64,000 nucleotides of DNA, from assembly GCA_977018835.1 (NCBI GenBank), contig OZ361256.1:248001-312000 (forward strand). The letters run 5' to 3'. The stretch comes from Minutocellus sp. GHC0000111 (taxonomy: Eukaryota). Position 1 is the stretch's first letter, and each line of letters opens with the position of its first letter. Both the position numbers and the translations under genes were made by a program. This document shows positions 25,568 to 37,093 of this stretch, in pieces. Below the pieces are notes generated by a model that searched no databases, had not been told where the DNA came from, and saw only the letters and a program-made list of their open reading frames with translations.

Positions 25568-26821
25568 ATGGTGTTTTATCCCCTTGTTATCCGAGGTGCT
25601 GTCCAGCGACATCGTCAGATCGAGGCGGTTCGCGTCGGAGAGGAATGGAAGGCATGTGAAGTGCCGCAGACAGTTGATGAGCTGATGAGAAGGCCGACCC
25701 TGGCCGTGAAGCGCCTATCCTTCCGGCGCGGCTGGTATTTCTCACCTTTGCCTTCGTATCCAGATCGAACCTCGCCGAGGAAAAGGGGGGAAACGCTGGG
25801 CGAGACGCTGAACCGGATGCAACCAAGTGAGACTCTCAGTGACGTCTTCGAATCTGCGGCTTCTCGACCTATTCCTAAACGTAGTAGTAGCAGGCGAAAG
25901 AAAAGGCCAGCCGAAGGTGCCCCCGCCGACCAATTGCCACGGACAAATGTGTCTTTGTTATACGGTGAAGAACAGGGAGCGGGACGGATTCGAATGACTT
26001 CGCACAGTAGCAACAACAGCAACAGCTTGTTTGGAAGTCGCGGTAGCCTCTGTGAGGATGGTGATGCTACCGTTCGTCGGTCTGCAAGGTCATGGCATTC
26101 CCTATCATCAAACAGCAGCAACGTAGGAGCTGCTAGGCCTAGTGATGATAGATTGCGTAATCCCTCTTTTCACCCTGTTGATACGGCTGTTCCTGGGCAA
26201 GGATGCATGAGGGTTCGTTCACTAAAGGAATCCTTGGACAGCTGCAAATTTGGCGGTGGGTCCTTGTTTCCGGGAGAAGCCGAAAGGGATAAAGGAAGAC
26301 ATGGACTTATGCGCAGGTTGAGGCCAAGAAGAGAAAGAAGCAGCAAGAGCGACAGAAGTGACAATGCTGACCAAGAAGGTGTTTCGATGGGAATGAGCTC
26401 GCAGAGAAAATTGGGAGCCAGTCGTTTTGGACGGACTGGCTCATCATCTCACCTTGACAGTATCCAATTCGGCACCATTTCTATTCGGGAATATGCCAAT
26501 ACAATGGGCGATAATCCTTCTTGCGGCGATGGTCCGGCGCTTTCGTTGGGGTGGGCCTTCAAATCGCAGCCCGTGGTCATGTCTGTAGACGACTATGAAT
26601 CAAGTCGCCCCCCAAGAAGAGTCTTGGACGCCCTTGCTATTCCCCAGGAACGGAGAGAGAAGATTCTTGTTCGGCTGGGCTTTTCCTACGAAGATATTTT
26701 ACAGGCAATTGTCGAAAAGAGATACGACCAAGCTTGCCGCGAGCAAACTCTTTCTCGTTTGAAGTATCAGGCGTTGGAAGAGCGGTTGGAGGCGTTGAAT
26801 TTGAGATGCGATCGTCGTTAG
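25568..26821 (+). CDS. Diatom-type hypothetical protein, paralog of 3191-4171
   Basis: Long ORF containing IQFGTISIREY..TMGDNPSC.DGPALSLGW...SVDDYE..RPPRR. Confidence 0.75.
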   Translation: MVFYPLVIRGAVQRHRQIEAVRVGEEWKACEVPQTVDELMRRPTLAVKRLSFRRGWYFSPLPSYPDRTSPRKRGETLGETLNRMQPSETLSDVFESAASRPIPKRSSSRRKKRPAEGAPADQLPRTNVSLLYGEEQGAGRIRMTSHSSNNSNSLFGSRGSLCEDGDATVRRSARSWHSLSSNSSNVGAARPSDDRLRNPSFHPVDTAVPGQGCMRVRSLKESLDSCKFGGGSLFPGEAERDKGRHGLMRRLRPRRERSSKSDRSDNADQEGVSMGMSSQRKLGASRFGRTGSSSHLDSIQFGTISIREYANTMGDNPSCGDGPALSLGWAFKSQPVVMSVDDYESSRPPRRVLDALAIPQERREKILVRLGFSYEDILQAIVEKRYDQACREQTLSRLKYQALEERLEALNLRCDRR

Positions 26822-26947
26822 GGTTATAGAAGAGAATGATGCATACGAGTATGTGATTGGGAATCTTTCATTATTCCATTGAATATAAATTCTTTATTGC
26901 CAAGTCGACAGATGCTTTGATATGTTGTATCAATAGTACTCTTCGCT

Positions 26948-27301
26948 TTACTTGCCCCGGCCTTTCCTTGCTTCTCTCATTCTCGTATGTTTCGAGGAAT
27001 AAATGTTGGCGGCGGCTGATCCTTTTTCTTTCCGTTTCTGCTCTCGTTTCGTGCTCCCGCCGCCACCTCCAATCCCACCTGAAGTTATGAGATCAAAATC
27101 GTCATAATCGTCATATTCGTCCCCATCGTATTCTATCGATTCCATGGATGCGCCCCGATCACCCACCGAGTTTTGCTTTGCTCGTGCTTGTTGCTTGCTC
27201 GTGCCTTCTTCTGGCGAGGACGACGGCTTCTTTACGTCTTGGTCGGATGGATGAAAAGACGACGACGCTGGTGGGTCCTTATGCTTATTCCCGGCATCCA
27301 T
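26948..27301 (-). CDS. Small hydrophilic hypothetical protein (117 aa)
   Basis: ATG-started ORF with acidic, Gly and basic blocks. Confidence 0.55.
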   Translation of the reverse strand: MDAGNKHKDPPASSSFHPSDQDVKKPSSSPEEGTSKQQARAKQNSVGDRGASMESIEYDGDEYDDYDDFDLITSGGIGGGGGSTKREQKRKEKGSAAANIYSSKHTRMREARKGRGK

Positions 27302-28325
27302 TTAACGGAGGAAGACTGTTGCAGATGTGTGTTGGAATCGTATGAGGGCTGTTGGCTGTTGATGCGTCGGCCGCAATTAGTTAGAGTCCACTGACTTGTG
27401 GAAGAGGTTGATTCGATTGCACGATCCAGGCAGACGAGAGTGGGATTTGGCGAAGAGCTGGTTTGGACGCAAAGATAAGTACATTTATGTATTTTAAAAA
27501 AAAATCTTCAAGCAGGAACGACCATACCAAGATGACAGCACCGCAACCCGTTCGCTCTGCGAAGTTAAGCATCTTCGGGCTCAGTTAGTACTACGGTGGG
27601 GGACCACGTTGGAATACATAACTTTTCAACAGGCCCAAATTTCGGAATGTCACTTGATACTTACCTACAACAAGATATGCAGAGTAGATTGTTTGAATAT
27701 GGGGTCTTCAGCTCAAATACCCGAGGAGGAGAACTCTGCACTATTTGGCACTATTGCTTGGCGATGGGTTTCGGGCCTCAGCCAGCGCGCTTGTTGCTTC
27801 GGGAATGGTCCGTCCGTCGTCGGGTCGGTTTTTAGCGGGTGCGCCACATGCTCCTTTGATCGAAAGACGCAGACCATTTATTTTTTTCCTGCCCGTGCGT
27901 GCAGCGTGCCTACATGATGATACCAAGAAGTACATTGCATACAACAAAGCTAATGGTGGCGTCGGCGGATCCATCGACCGCTTGTGGCCTTTTGATACAT
28001 TATTTGGCACATCATCATTTTTGTGCTGATTTTTTGCGTTTCGATTTTTGAGTGAAGTCTTGGTTTGAAAACTCATGTTGATTGCCACCACTTCTTGGCC
28101 ACCCGACCCAGCCAAGAGGCCATCCGGTTGATGGATAGAACGGTAAGTCAGTGGTATGGGCGCATATTGCTTCGAGCTTATATGTTCTGCATCACATTTC
28201 ATTCATCTCACGGTGTTGTTGCTTTGTATGCCCTTTTGCCTCTTTGCCAATACAGCCTGCTCTTCCGTCCGTCTTCCTCTCTCGAATATCAGTATCCGTT
28301 GCCTGCCCCCTTTGGCTCCTCGGAC

Positions 28326-29246
28326 ATGAGCAAGAAGAAAGGCAAGAGGAAGGCGAGTGGGCCCGCGACCAAATCTTGCAATGGCTGTGGTAGGGAATTG
28401 CCTCAAGATGACTACAGCAAGAAGCAATGGGGCAGAGAAGATGGCGCTTGCATCACCTGCACCGATGAGAAGACGAGGAAGCACAATGCTGACGCCAAGG
28501 CTAGAGCTATTGCAGCAAAGACCGAGAGTCAGAGGGTTAAATCTGCTCCATTAGCCGTAGATCGTTCATTGGCAGCATTGCGTGCTCCTAGCAAGAAGTC
28601 ATTGACCACTACTGTTGCTGGCAACAAGCCGAAGGCGGCCGGCTCTGCATCTGCTCTCACCAATACCAGATCTGAGTCGTCACTGCTGGAGGATCGACGT
28701 ACTACGAAGGCGGCCGGCTCTGCATCTGTACCCAATGGATCTGAGTCGTTACTGCTGGAGGATCGACGTACTACGAAGGCGGCCGGCTCTGCATCTGTAC
28801 CCAATGGATCTGAGTCGTCACTGCTGGAGGATCGACGTACTACGAAGGCGGCCGTCTCTGCATCTGCTCCCAATACCAGATCTGAGTCGTTACTGCCGAA
28901 GGATCGACATATCGTTGGTGGTGGAGGATCTACGGTTGGTGATGGTGGATCTACGAAGGCGGCCGGCTCTGCATCTGTACCCAATGGATCTGAGTCGTCA
29001 CTGCTGGAGGATCGACGTACTACGAAGGCGGCCGTCTCTGCATCTGCTCCCAATACCAGATCTGAGTCGTTACTGCCGAAGGATCGACATATCGTTGGTG
29101 GTGGAGGATCTACGGTTGGTGATGGTGGATCTACGAAGGCGGCCGGCTCTGCATCTGTACCCAATGGATCTGAGTCGTTACTGCTGGAGGATCGACGTAT
29201 CGTTGGTGGTGGAGGATCCCTGAGTGTTGTTCTTTTGCTCGTTTGA
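28326..29246 (+). CDS. Protein with an Stc1-like C4 zinc finger followed by tandem-repeat tail
   Basis: MSKKKGKRK (NLS-like), then CNGC-x7-YSKKQW-x6-CITC. The rest is encoded by the VNTR. Confidence 0.55.
   Translation: MSKKKGKRKASGPATKSCNGCGRELPQDDYSKKQWGREDGACITCTDEKTRKHNADAKARAIAAKTESQRVKSAPLAVDRSLAALRAPSKKSLTTTVAGNKPKAAGSASALTNTRSESSLLEDRRTTKAAGSASVPNGSESLLLEDRRTTKAAGSASVPNGSESSLLEDRRTTKAAVSASAPNTRSESLLPKDRHIVGGGGSTVGDGGSTKAAGSASVPNGSESSLLEDRRTTKAAVSASAPNTRSESLLPKDRHIVGGGGSTVGDGGSTKAAGSASVPNGSESLLLEDRRIVGGGGSLSVVLLLV
28631..29218. repeat. Hierarchical coding minisatellite (75/69/69/111/69/111/partial bp units; 180-bp higher-order duplication 28775-28954 = 28955-29134)
   Basis: Each unit begins GAAGGCGGCCG. 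All complete unit lengths are multiples of 3. Confidence 0.93.
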
Positions 29247-29360
29247 TGAACTAGGTGGTGTCTGGATTGTTTTTTGCCTTTTGTAATTGATTGGAGGTCC
29301 AGGGCTTTCGCGGTTCAGATTATCGGCCTTCAATTCAAGAGGTGACAGCCAACACATGTG

Positions 29361-31007
29361 TAACAATTTTCTACGTAGATCTAGACGTTTACATGTACAT
29401 GCATAGGATCGACATAATCAGAAGATGAGAAGCAAAGAAAGTAGTGTTGTTCTTTTGTTTTTACCGCTTTTGGAAGTCCCAACATGTCCCTGGATCGTCC
29501 CTGGACCTTGCTTTTGTTCTGTTGTGCCCGGGGCGTGTGTTTACTTCTTGAGTTTCAACGTTCAACGCGCCATTTTGCAGTTTTGCAGTCCGCATCATCG
29601 CACCGGTAGCGCCTATCCTGTTATTCACATGTACTGTACAATCAATGCATTCATACACATACCGGTAGCAATCTACTTAGCATGCTCTAGGCCTACATAC
29701 TAGTAGTAGATCTAGCTCTGTTGTCGTCAGGAGAAAAATATTTTTACAATATTTATTTTTTTCTCCTGCTGGTCTTTTGACTCATCCGCTCTTCGCCGTT
29801 TGTTGCCTCATCAGACTTATGAACGAATCTTCCTTCGGAATAACGATCTAGAGTAGAGCCGCTGTTGTTGGTATCAGGTGTGAGTGCCCTGGAATCCAAT
29901 CTTTCTGTCTACATGCATGACAATTTTCTACATAGACCTTTATGGTGGTGTGGTGGTGGTCGTCGTCCCGCAAAATATAGCATAAATCTATCTATCATAG
30001 TGAAAAGTTAGAACCAAATTCAATTGAATAGGTAGCCTCATTTGCATCAGTAAGAACGAATATCAATAACATAAACGAAAAATCGCAATTGTAAACATTG
30101 TAGGGTAAGATTGAGTGAGGGTGAGGTGGAGGTCAGTACATGTAGATCTACTCGAGGTCACGATCTCTCCAGGCGTTGGGATTATTGGCCGGTATGAAGC
30201 CTTCAAAGGTAGCTGCCAGATTAAGTCTGGTTGATTGACTCCTGGTAGTTCTTCTCGGCACGGGTACTTCTGTGTCTTCCTCGACCGTTGCTATTACCGA
30301 TGCTACTGTAGCGTTAGTAAGAGCGTTGATCATGGGGGACATGGTAGCACGCTCGATGCTCTGGGTCGAACGGGGAGACAATTCGTTGATGGCTATTTCA
30401 ATGTCATCGGCAGTAAACGGCTCTGTGATGACGGTGGTGTCGTTGGTAGTAATGAGGGAACATTGGGCATGTGTTGGACCATGGCGGAATTCACAACTGT
30501 TGCAGAAGGGAGGTCGGCTGAGAGGGGAGAGGCACGGCGGGCCGAGACAGTCGACGCATCGACAGTTCCTACAAATTGTAGGACCTTGACTGTTGCTTGG
30601 TGTCGATGGCTCGATGACGACTGCACGAGATCGTTTGTAAGATCGACGCAACCACCATGTACACGTAGGTCTACTGTTGTTGACTTTGCCCTCAAGATGA
30701 CAATTTGATACATGTAAACGTTTACGTAGATTCTACTTACACATCATGTACTGTTCATGTAGAGTTTACACCCCTGGGTAGGAGGCAAAGAATCATTTTG
30801 AGACTGGTAGGTGCTCTGATAGTGACGGATTCTCGGCTCGTCATTCGAGTCGAGAATATGGTTACTACGAGCAGTTTAGAGGATTTAGAAGTGGACCTGA
30901 ACGGCGCTATGAGTAATTATTTGCGGCTGGCTTTGCTTGTCCTACTTTCTTCGCTTCTCATCTTCTGATTATGTCGATCCTATAAACGTCTACGTAGAAA
31001 ATCGTTA
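29361..31007. mobile_element. 1.65-kb segment bounded by long inverted repeats (29361-29444 and 30942-31007); putative non-autonomous DNA element
   Basis: The arms match at 64 of 66 aligned positions, apart from two palindromic insertions in the left arm. Both outer ends are TA. Confidence 0.6.
30148..30651 (-). other. Cys/His-rich open frame without an N-terminal ATG, inside the IR-bounded segment
   Basis: CRNCRCVDC...C...CNSCEFRHGPTHAQC, zinc-finger-like. The frame starts at TTG, so it may be an exon or remnant. Confidence 0.35.
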
Positions 31008-31116
31008 TGCATGCATGCACTGCATGTAGGCCCTTTCTTAATCTTGTCTTATCTCATCTATCTATCTTGTAGTGTGTGCAACGAAGACATCGTTGCTTGG
31101 ACTTGAAACAAAGGCG

Positions 31117-31770
31117 TCACTCCTTCTCGCCCTGAACAACGAGATTCGCAAGATCAACGAGAGACCTGCGTCTGATTGGTCCGCGGTGTCCCCGCTGCTG
31201 CTGCATCTGTCCTCCTTCATCGCTGTCAGAGGTGAGAGTGATGAACCCATCGACGCACTTGAAGCGCTCGTCACTGTCAAAGAGACTCTCAGCACTATCA
31301 GTCGCAGTTGGCTCGGCTGCTTTATCATCGTCGGATGTCATTTCGGCGGTACTACTTGTGATGGTCCTCCTGTAGTCAATTGCCTTGGTCGAGGAGGTAT
31401 TTGACACGACGCCTTCGGAAGACATGCGCCGAATGCTTGGCAAATTATTGCCCAGAGAGAGAGGAAGACTACTCCTTCGTCGCTGTTCGTTTGGTAATGA
31501 CTGCTGCCTCGACACGACCTTGGGCCTGTCTTCGGCTTCGTCATCAGAGGAATCTACGACCTCATCTTCTAGGTCCAGCTTGCATGCTAGATCGTTTAGG
31601 GCATCTACCAGACTTCTCCTCCTCCGCTGATGATTCTGCATGGAAGGCGGTGGCTTGTCGTTCGGCCGACGTGACTCAATCTCATCTACAACGCCAACAT
31701 TTTGCGAAGAAAAGAGCGAGAAACGACGTCCGTTGCGAGGTTGAATGTTGGTATCGATCGTGCTGCTCAT
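31117..31770 (-). CDS. Ser/Arg-rich hypothetical protein
   Basis: ORF with repeated RRxSL motifs (RRFSL, RRRSLVD twice, RRSSL). Confidence 0.55.
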   Translation of the reverse strand: MSSTIDTNIQPRNGRRFSLFSSQNVGVVDEIESRRPNDKPPPSMQNHQRRRRSLVDALNDLACKLDLEDEVVDSSDDEAEDRPKVVSRQQSLPNEQRRRSSLPLSLGNNLPSIRRMSSEGVVSNTSSTKAIDYRRTITSSTAEMTSDDDKAAEPTATDSAESLFDSDERFKCVDGFITLTSDSDEGGQMQQQRGHRGPIRRRSLVDLANLVVQGEKE

Positions 31771-32070
31771 TGTTGTCGGTGTTTGACTTGAAGGGGATTG
31801 CCGGGAAGTGAATGAATCAATTCGAGGGTTCTCTTGTCTGCATGAGACGTTGAGACGACAAAAATGCGGACGGTGCAACGTCTCTGTGTCGTTTTCTTTG
31901 AACGCAGTAGGCGCACACAACAACAATCAACTCGTCACCACATACATTGTCACATATCGAAGAACATAGAGAGAGTAAAGGAACATTTGTTTATTCGAGC
32001 ATATTATTATCTCGCCGATCAGATGTTCTACCATTTTAGTCTTTAGTACTACTAGTACGTGCAATCGAAA

Positions 32071-32730
32071 ATGACAAGTGCCGGCGGTGGAGCAGATCGA
32101 GATTCCGAGGAGCTCAGGAGGATCCTCTCTGCGGCACAGGAAAATGAATTCGCGGCGGCGGTAGAACCATTGTCATCATCGCCTGACCAGCGGCGTCACC
32201 GCCGGCAACGACACTGTGTCTCTGCTCTTGCCGAGTCTATTCGACGACTAGCGTTGCTGACCGGTCTGAGGGTGGATGAAGCGAGGCGAATGCACGAAGT
32301 GGCCCGAACGAGAACGGAAGACGACACAAGTAACGACGAAGATGCAGATACGTATAGAGCTGGTGGCAACATACACATGCGGAATGTCGACACGGCGCAT
32401 CCCCAAGGTGGAGCTGCGGCGATCGAATCGCACGAACCAGGGACCAGCCAAGAGGCGGAACCGAAATCTGATCATCTTGCCATCCATGCCATCATTCAGG
32501 AGAAAGCTGTGATTGATAGAGGAAGTAGCACTGAAGAACTTTTCCAACCTTCCCCCAAAGGACGCATCGTATCGTCGTCTGGTGTTGTTGTTGTTATGGC
32601 GGCATCTACAGGGGATGGCCCAGCCCATTCAGGAGAAGACACGACGACGTCGTCTTCGTCAGTGTCACATCGAACACAGCAGGGGCGGAATCAACAGAAG
32701 AAGTCGGTGCGACGAGCACGGTGCGCATAA
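32071..32730 (+). CDS. Hypothetical low-complexity protein
   Basis: ATG-started 219-codon ORF; no motif recognised. Confidence 0.4.
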   Translation: MTSAGGGADRDSEELRRILSAAQENEFAAAVEPLSSSPDQRRHRRQRHCVSALAESIRRLALLTGLRVDEARRMHEVARTRTEDDTSNDEDADTYRAGGNIHMRNVDTAHPQGGAAAIESHEPGTSQEAEPKSDHLAIHAIIQEKAVIDRGSSTEELFQPSPKGRIVSSSGVVVVMAASTGDGPAHSGEDTTTSSSSVSHRTQQGRNQQKKSVRRARCA

Positions 32731-32901
32731 CAAGAAGAGCCAAATATAGTAGAAAATCAAGTGGGCTTCTAAAGAAATAGTATTCAATCATTGCGTGCAT
32801 CTACTGCCAATCGGTCCGTCTCTAGCTCTAGCTACGTAGATCTAGATCTACTACATGCACACATGGTATGTATATATTATACACTGCACATGCGTGTATA
32901 T

Positions 32902-33197
32902 AGAGCGTTTCCACGAGACCGCCGACAAAATCACTGTAAATAGTAGCCACTAGAAAATATTTTTGTGCCAAAAATTTCACGTCAATAAAAATGAAGCCAC
33001 TAGATCGAGCTCAAAATCTCGGACCCAAACCCAGCGACTTGTTAGTAAAGTACCCCAAGATCATTGTAACAACTCGATTTTATTGTTGATTGTGCTCTAC
33101 AACACCCTTTTAAGACATATGGTGTAATAAAATCGAGTTGTTACAATATTTACGAAACATCGCGGAGGGGGTGTCGGCTCTCTCGTGGAAACGCTCT
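32902..33197 (+). mobile_element. 296-bp MITE of TIR family A (copy A0)
   Basis: Ends AGAGCGTTTCCACGAGA..GCCGACA / TGTCGGC..TCTCGTGGAAACGCTCT. Shares left and right subterminal sequence and the hairpin with the 1.5-kb copies. Confidence 0.9.
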
Positions 33198-33200
33198 ACT

Positions 33201-34700
33201 AGAGTGATTCCACGAGACCGCCGACAAAATCGTCGTAAATAGTAAGGCACTAGAAAAACTTTTTGTGCGATATTTTATGCAGCGCAAAAATGAACCCACT
33301 AGATGGCATCACTCAACACGGCGAAAGCAAGGAGAATTCATCTCTACAAGAAGGCCACCAAATGATGGTATAACGATAAATAACTCCAAGCCAACCGATG
33401 CATACGCCAACTAGATGTATTGAGCGATTATTGAATGCTCAAAAGCACGCTCATTTGTACAACATGTGCTATTTTAGCAATATCTTCTCACACCCATGAA
33501 AATTCCAATATTTTTTCCCATCAAAATGGTAAAGAACGATAGCTGATGCTTGTCTACATCCATTTCAATCCCCCCTGACCAGCATTACTTTCACTTGGGT
33601 CATGCAGGGGACGATTTGGCGCCAATGGGTCGGCATTGGACCCCATCTTTGCATCATCGTGGCCGTCACCATGGAAAGCAAAAACATCCGAAAGCAGCGA
33701 ATTCCCAACTACACCCCTCCTCCAGCCTCAAGCATTGATCCTTCACGCAATATTAGCACGCACGATGCTCATTCCATATTACATCCATCGATCTCACGTG
33801 TTAGTTTGGCCGCTTTCTCCGGTTTCGTTCCTCTCGGGCGGCAGAAGCAATGAAGGTGCAATCTGGTTCCGACATCAGACACGGGACTTTGGGTGTAGTT
33901 TTCTCGATGAATTGTCAAGAAATGCCACCACCCCCCACTCAAATGCCCGTGGCATATACACATGGGTGAAGCGGCGACGGCTCAGTGCAACGGAAGTGGT
34001 GCATGGACCATACAAAAGCATCCGGACCAACTTCCGGATGGATGGTGTAACATGGGTGGCAATGACGCTGGGCCACATTTCGCGGTACAGGCACGCACCG
34101 ACGCACCGCTATCGCCCAAAAATCCCTTCCAGTAATATTCAGGAAGGCAGCAAGGTGGTCAGAGTGTATGCAATGGCCGGGGTGGTGCTGTACATCGGGC
34201 GAACATGGTCGTGATGGAACGTCGGAAACTGTCGAAAAAATCGGGTCTAACGGGAACGAATTTGTCAAGCCTCAAAAAAGTAATCGCAAGTCACCTGCTG
34301 CACCACAGTGTTATGAAATGCTATTACAAGGGTATGGTGCCCCGTAGTCTTGATTGTTGTCAATGGGAGGCACGTCGGCGACACATGTTGTGGCCCCATT
34401 CGTTGAACGAAATGGGTTTTGTTTCGTTATAAAGTTTGATGTATTTTTTCTTTCTTGAAACAGCACAAGTGTATTCTACGACATAAAAATAAATTTTCAA
34501 ACAATAGTGTACCAAAAGAAACACTCTAATACCGTATCTATATCATGTGCTAAAAGAGCACTAAGATCATTGGGCCAACTTCCTTTTATTGTTGATATTG
34601 GACTACAACACCCTTTAGGTTGAGGATCAGCAATAAAAGGAAGTTGGCCCCATGTTTACGAAACATCGCGGAGGGGGTGTCGGCTCTCTAGTGGAATCAC
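33201..34700 (+). mobile_element. Non-autonomous TIR element, family A subtype I (copy A1; last 3 bp of right TIR missing)
   Basis: Left TIR AGAGTGATTCCACGAGACCGCCGACA; right end TGTCGGCTCTCTAGTGGAATCAC. Homologous to A3 and A4. No recognisable transposase ORF. Confidence 0.9.
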
Positions 34701-35116
34701 CGGTGCATGTATGTAATGCACCGGTGGCACCTGTATTATGTACATAGACTGCTGCTACTTGGCATAGGTGAACCGCGGTGGACAGGAAATAAAGCCGCTA
34801 GTGAGGCCGCCATTAGGAATACCTACTACTAGCTAGCTAGAGGTAGTTCTAATGTGTGTAAACGTGAGCTCACGTGTGGTTGTTGTTGTGCTTGCCGCGC
34901 TGCTAAAATGAAACGGCGCCGATGCTGATGCAAAGCAGCCGGGCATTTCAAGAAATAGTGGTTAGTCCATCAAAATAGTGCCTCAAGTCAAATACCGCCA
35001 ATAGCGGCAAGCGGCCTGCTGATCTGCTGATGAGGACTGACAACCAGCACCGATTCGATTCGATTCATTCATCCACCAACCAAAAGGAACCAAATTGGCC
35101 TAGCGATTGATAAGTC

Positions 35117-35215
35117 ATGGAAAAGTTAACACTGCTGCTACTACTACTTTCGCCGCTCCTTCGGGCACATTCACATCTATTGCATTTCGTCTCGGCATTT
35201 ACAAAATCGTCGTAA
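35117..35215 (+). pseudogene. Truncated duplicate of the START-like gene 5' end (leader only) fused to TE sequence
   Basis: MEKLTLLLLLLSPLLRAHSHLLHFVSAFT, then KSS-stop from the duplicated TE. Confidence 0.8.
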
Positions 35216-36677
35216 ATAGTAAGGCACTAGAAAAACTTTTTGTGCGATATTTTATGCAGCGCAAAAATGAACCCACTAGATGGCATCACTCAACACGGCG
35301 AAAGCAAGGAGAATTCATCTCTACAAGAAGGCCACCAAATGATGGTATAACGATAAATAACTCCAAGCCAACCGATGCATACGCCAACTAGATGTATTGA
35401 GCGATTATTGAATGCTCAAAAGCACGCTCATTTGTACAACATGTGCTATTTTAGCAATATCTTCTCACACCCATGAAAATTCCAATATTTTTTCCCATCA
35501 AAATGGTAAAGAACGATAGCTGATGCTTGTCTACATCCATTTCAATCCCCCCTGACCAGCATTACTTTCACTTGGGTCATGCAGGGGACGATTTGGCGCC
35601 AATGGGTCGGCATTGGACCCCATCTTTGCATCATCGTGGCCGTCACCATGGAAAGCAAAAACATCCGAAAGCAGCGAATTCCCAACTACACCCCTCCTCC
35701 AGCCTCAAGCATTGATCCTTCACGCAATATTAGCACGCACGATGCTCATTCCATATTACATCCATCGATCTCACGTGTTAGTTTGGCCGCTTTCTCCGGT
35801 TTCGTTCCTCTCGGGCGGCAGAAGCAATGAAGGTGCAATCTGGTTCCGACATCAGACACGGGACTTTGGGTGTAGTTTTCTCGATGAATTGTCAAGAAAT
35901 GCCACCACCCCCCACTCAAATGCCCGTGGCATATACACATGGGTGAAGCGGCGACGGCTCAGTGCAACGGAAGTGGTGCATGGACCATACAAAAGCATCC
36001 GGACCAACTTCCGGATGGATGGTGTAACATGGGTGGCAATGACGCTGGGCCACATTTCGCGGTACAGGCACGCACCGACGCACCGCTATCGCCCAAAAAT
36101 CCCTTCCAGTAATATTCAGGAAGGCAGCAAGGTGGTCAGAGTGTATGCAATGGCCGGGGTGGTGCTGTACATCGGGCGAACATGGTCGTGATGGAACGTC
36201 GGAAACTGTCGAAAAAATCGGGTCTAACGGGAACGAATTTGTCAAGCCTCAAAAAAGTAATCGCAAGTCACCTGCTGCACCACAGTGTTATGAAATGCTA
36301 TTACAAGGGTATGGTGCCCCGTAGTCTTGATTGTTGTCAATGGGAGGCACGTCGGCGACACATGTTGTGGCCCCATTCGTTGAACGAAATGGGTTTTGTT
36401 TCGTTATAAAGTTTGATGTATTTTTTCTTTCTTGAAACAGCACAAGTGTATTCTACGACATAAAAATAAATTTTCAAACAATAGTGTACCAAAAGAAACA
36501 CTCTAATACCGTATCTATATCATGTGCTAAAAGAGCACTAAGATCATTGGGCCAACTTCCTTTTATTGTTGATATTGGACTACAACACCCTTTAGGTTGA
36601 GGATCAGCAATAAAAGGAAGTTGGCCCCATGTTTACGAAACATCGCGGAGGGGGTGTCGGCTCTCTAGTGGAATCAC
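35201..36677 (+). mobile_element. Family A subtype I copy A2, lacking the first 23 bp of the left TIR (product of the tandem duplication)
   Basis: Matches 33224-34700. Confidence 0.9.
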
Positions 36678-37093
36678 CGGTGCATGTATGTAATGCACCG
36701 GTGGCACCTGTATTATGTACATAGACTGCTGCTACTTGGCATAGGTGAACCGCGGTGGACAGGAAATAAAGCCGCTAGTGAGGCCGCCATTAGGAATACC
36801 TACTACTAGCTAGCTAGAGGTAGTTCTAATGTGTGTAAACGTGAGCTCACGTGTGGTTGTTGTTGTGCTTGCCGCGCTGCTAAAATGAAACGGCGCCGAT
36901 GCTGATGCAAAGCAGCCGGGCATTTCAAGAAATAGTGGTTAGTCCATCAAAATAGTGCCTCAAGTCAAATACCGCCAATAGCGGCAAGCGGCCTGCTGAT
37001 CTGCTGATGAGGACTGACAACCAGCACCGATTCGATTCGATTCATTCATCCACCAACCAAAAGGAACCAAATTGGCCTAGCGATTGATAAGTC

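Noticed and set aside
28631..29218. CRISPR-like array
   Set aside because: The sequences between the shared unit starts are themselves repeated, unit lengths are multiples of 3 within an ORF, and there are no cas genes.
32902..34700. Canonical Helitron
   Set aside because: No 5' TC or 3' CTRR ends. The copies have true TIRs and flanking duplications, and the hairpin is longer and farther from the end than is typical.
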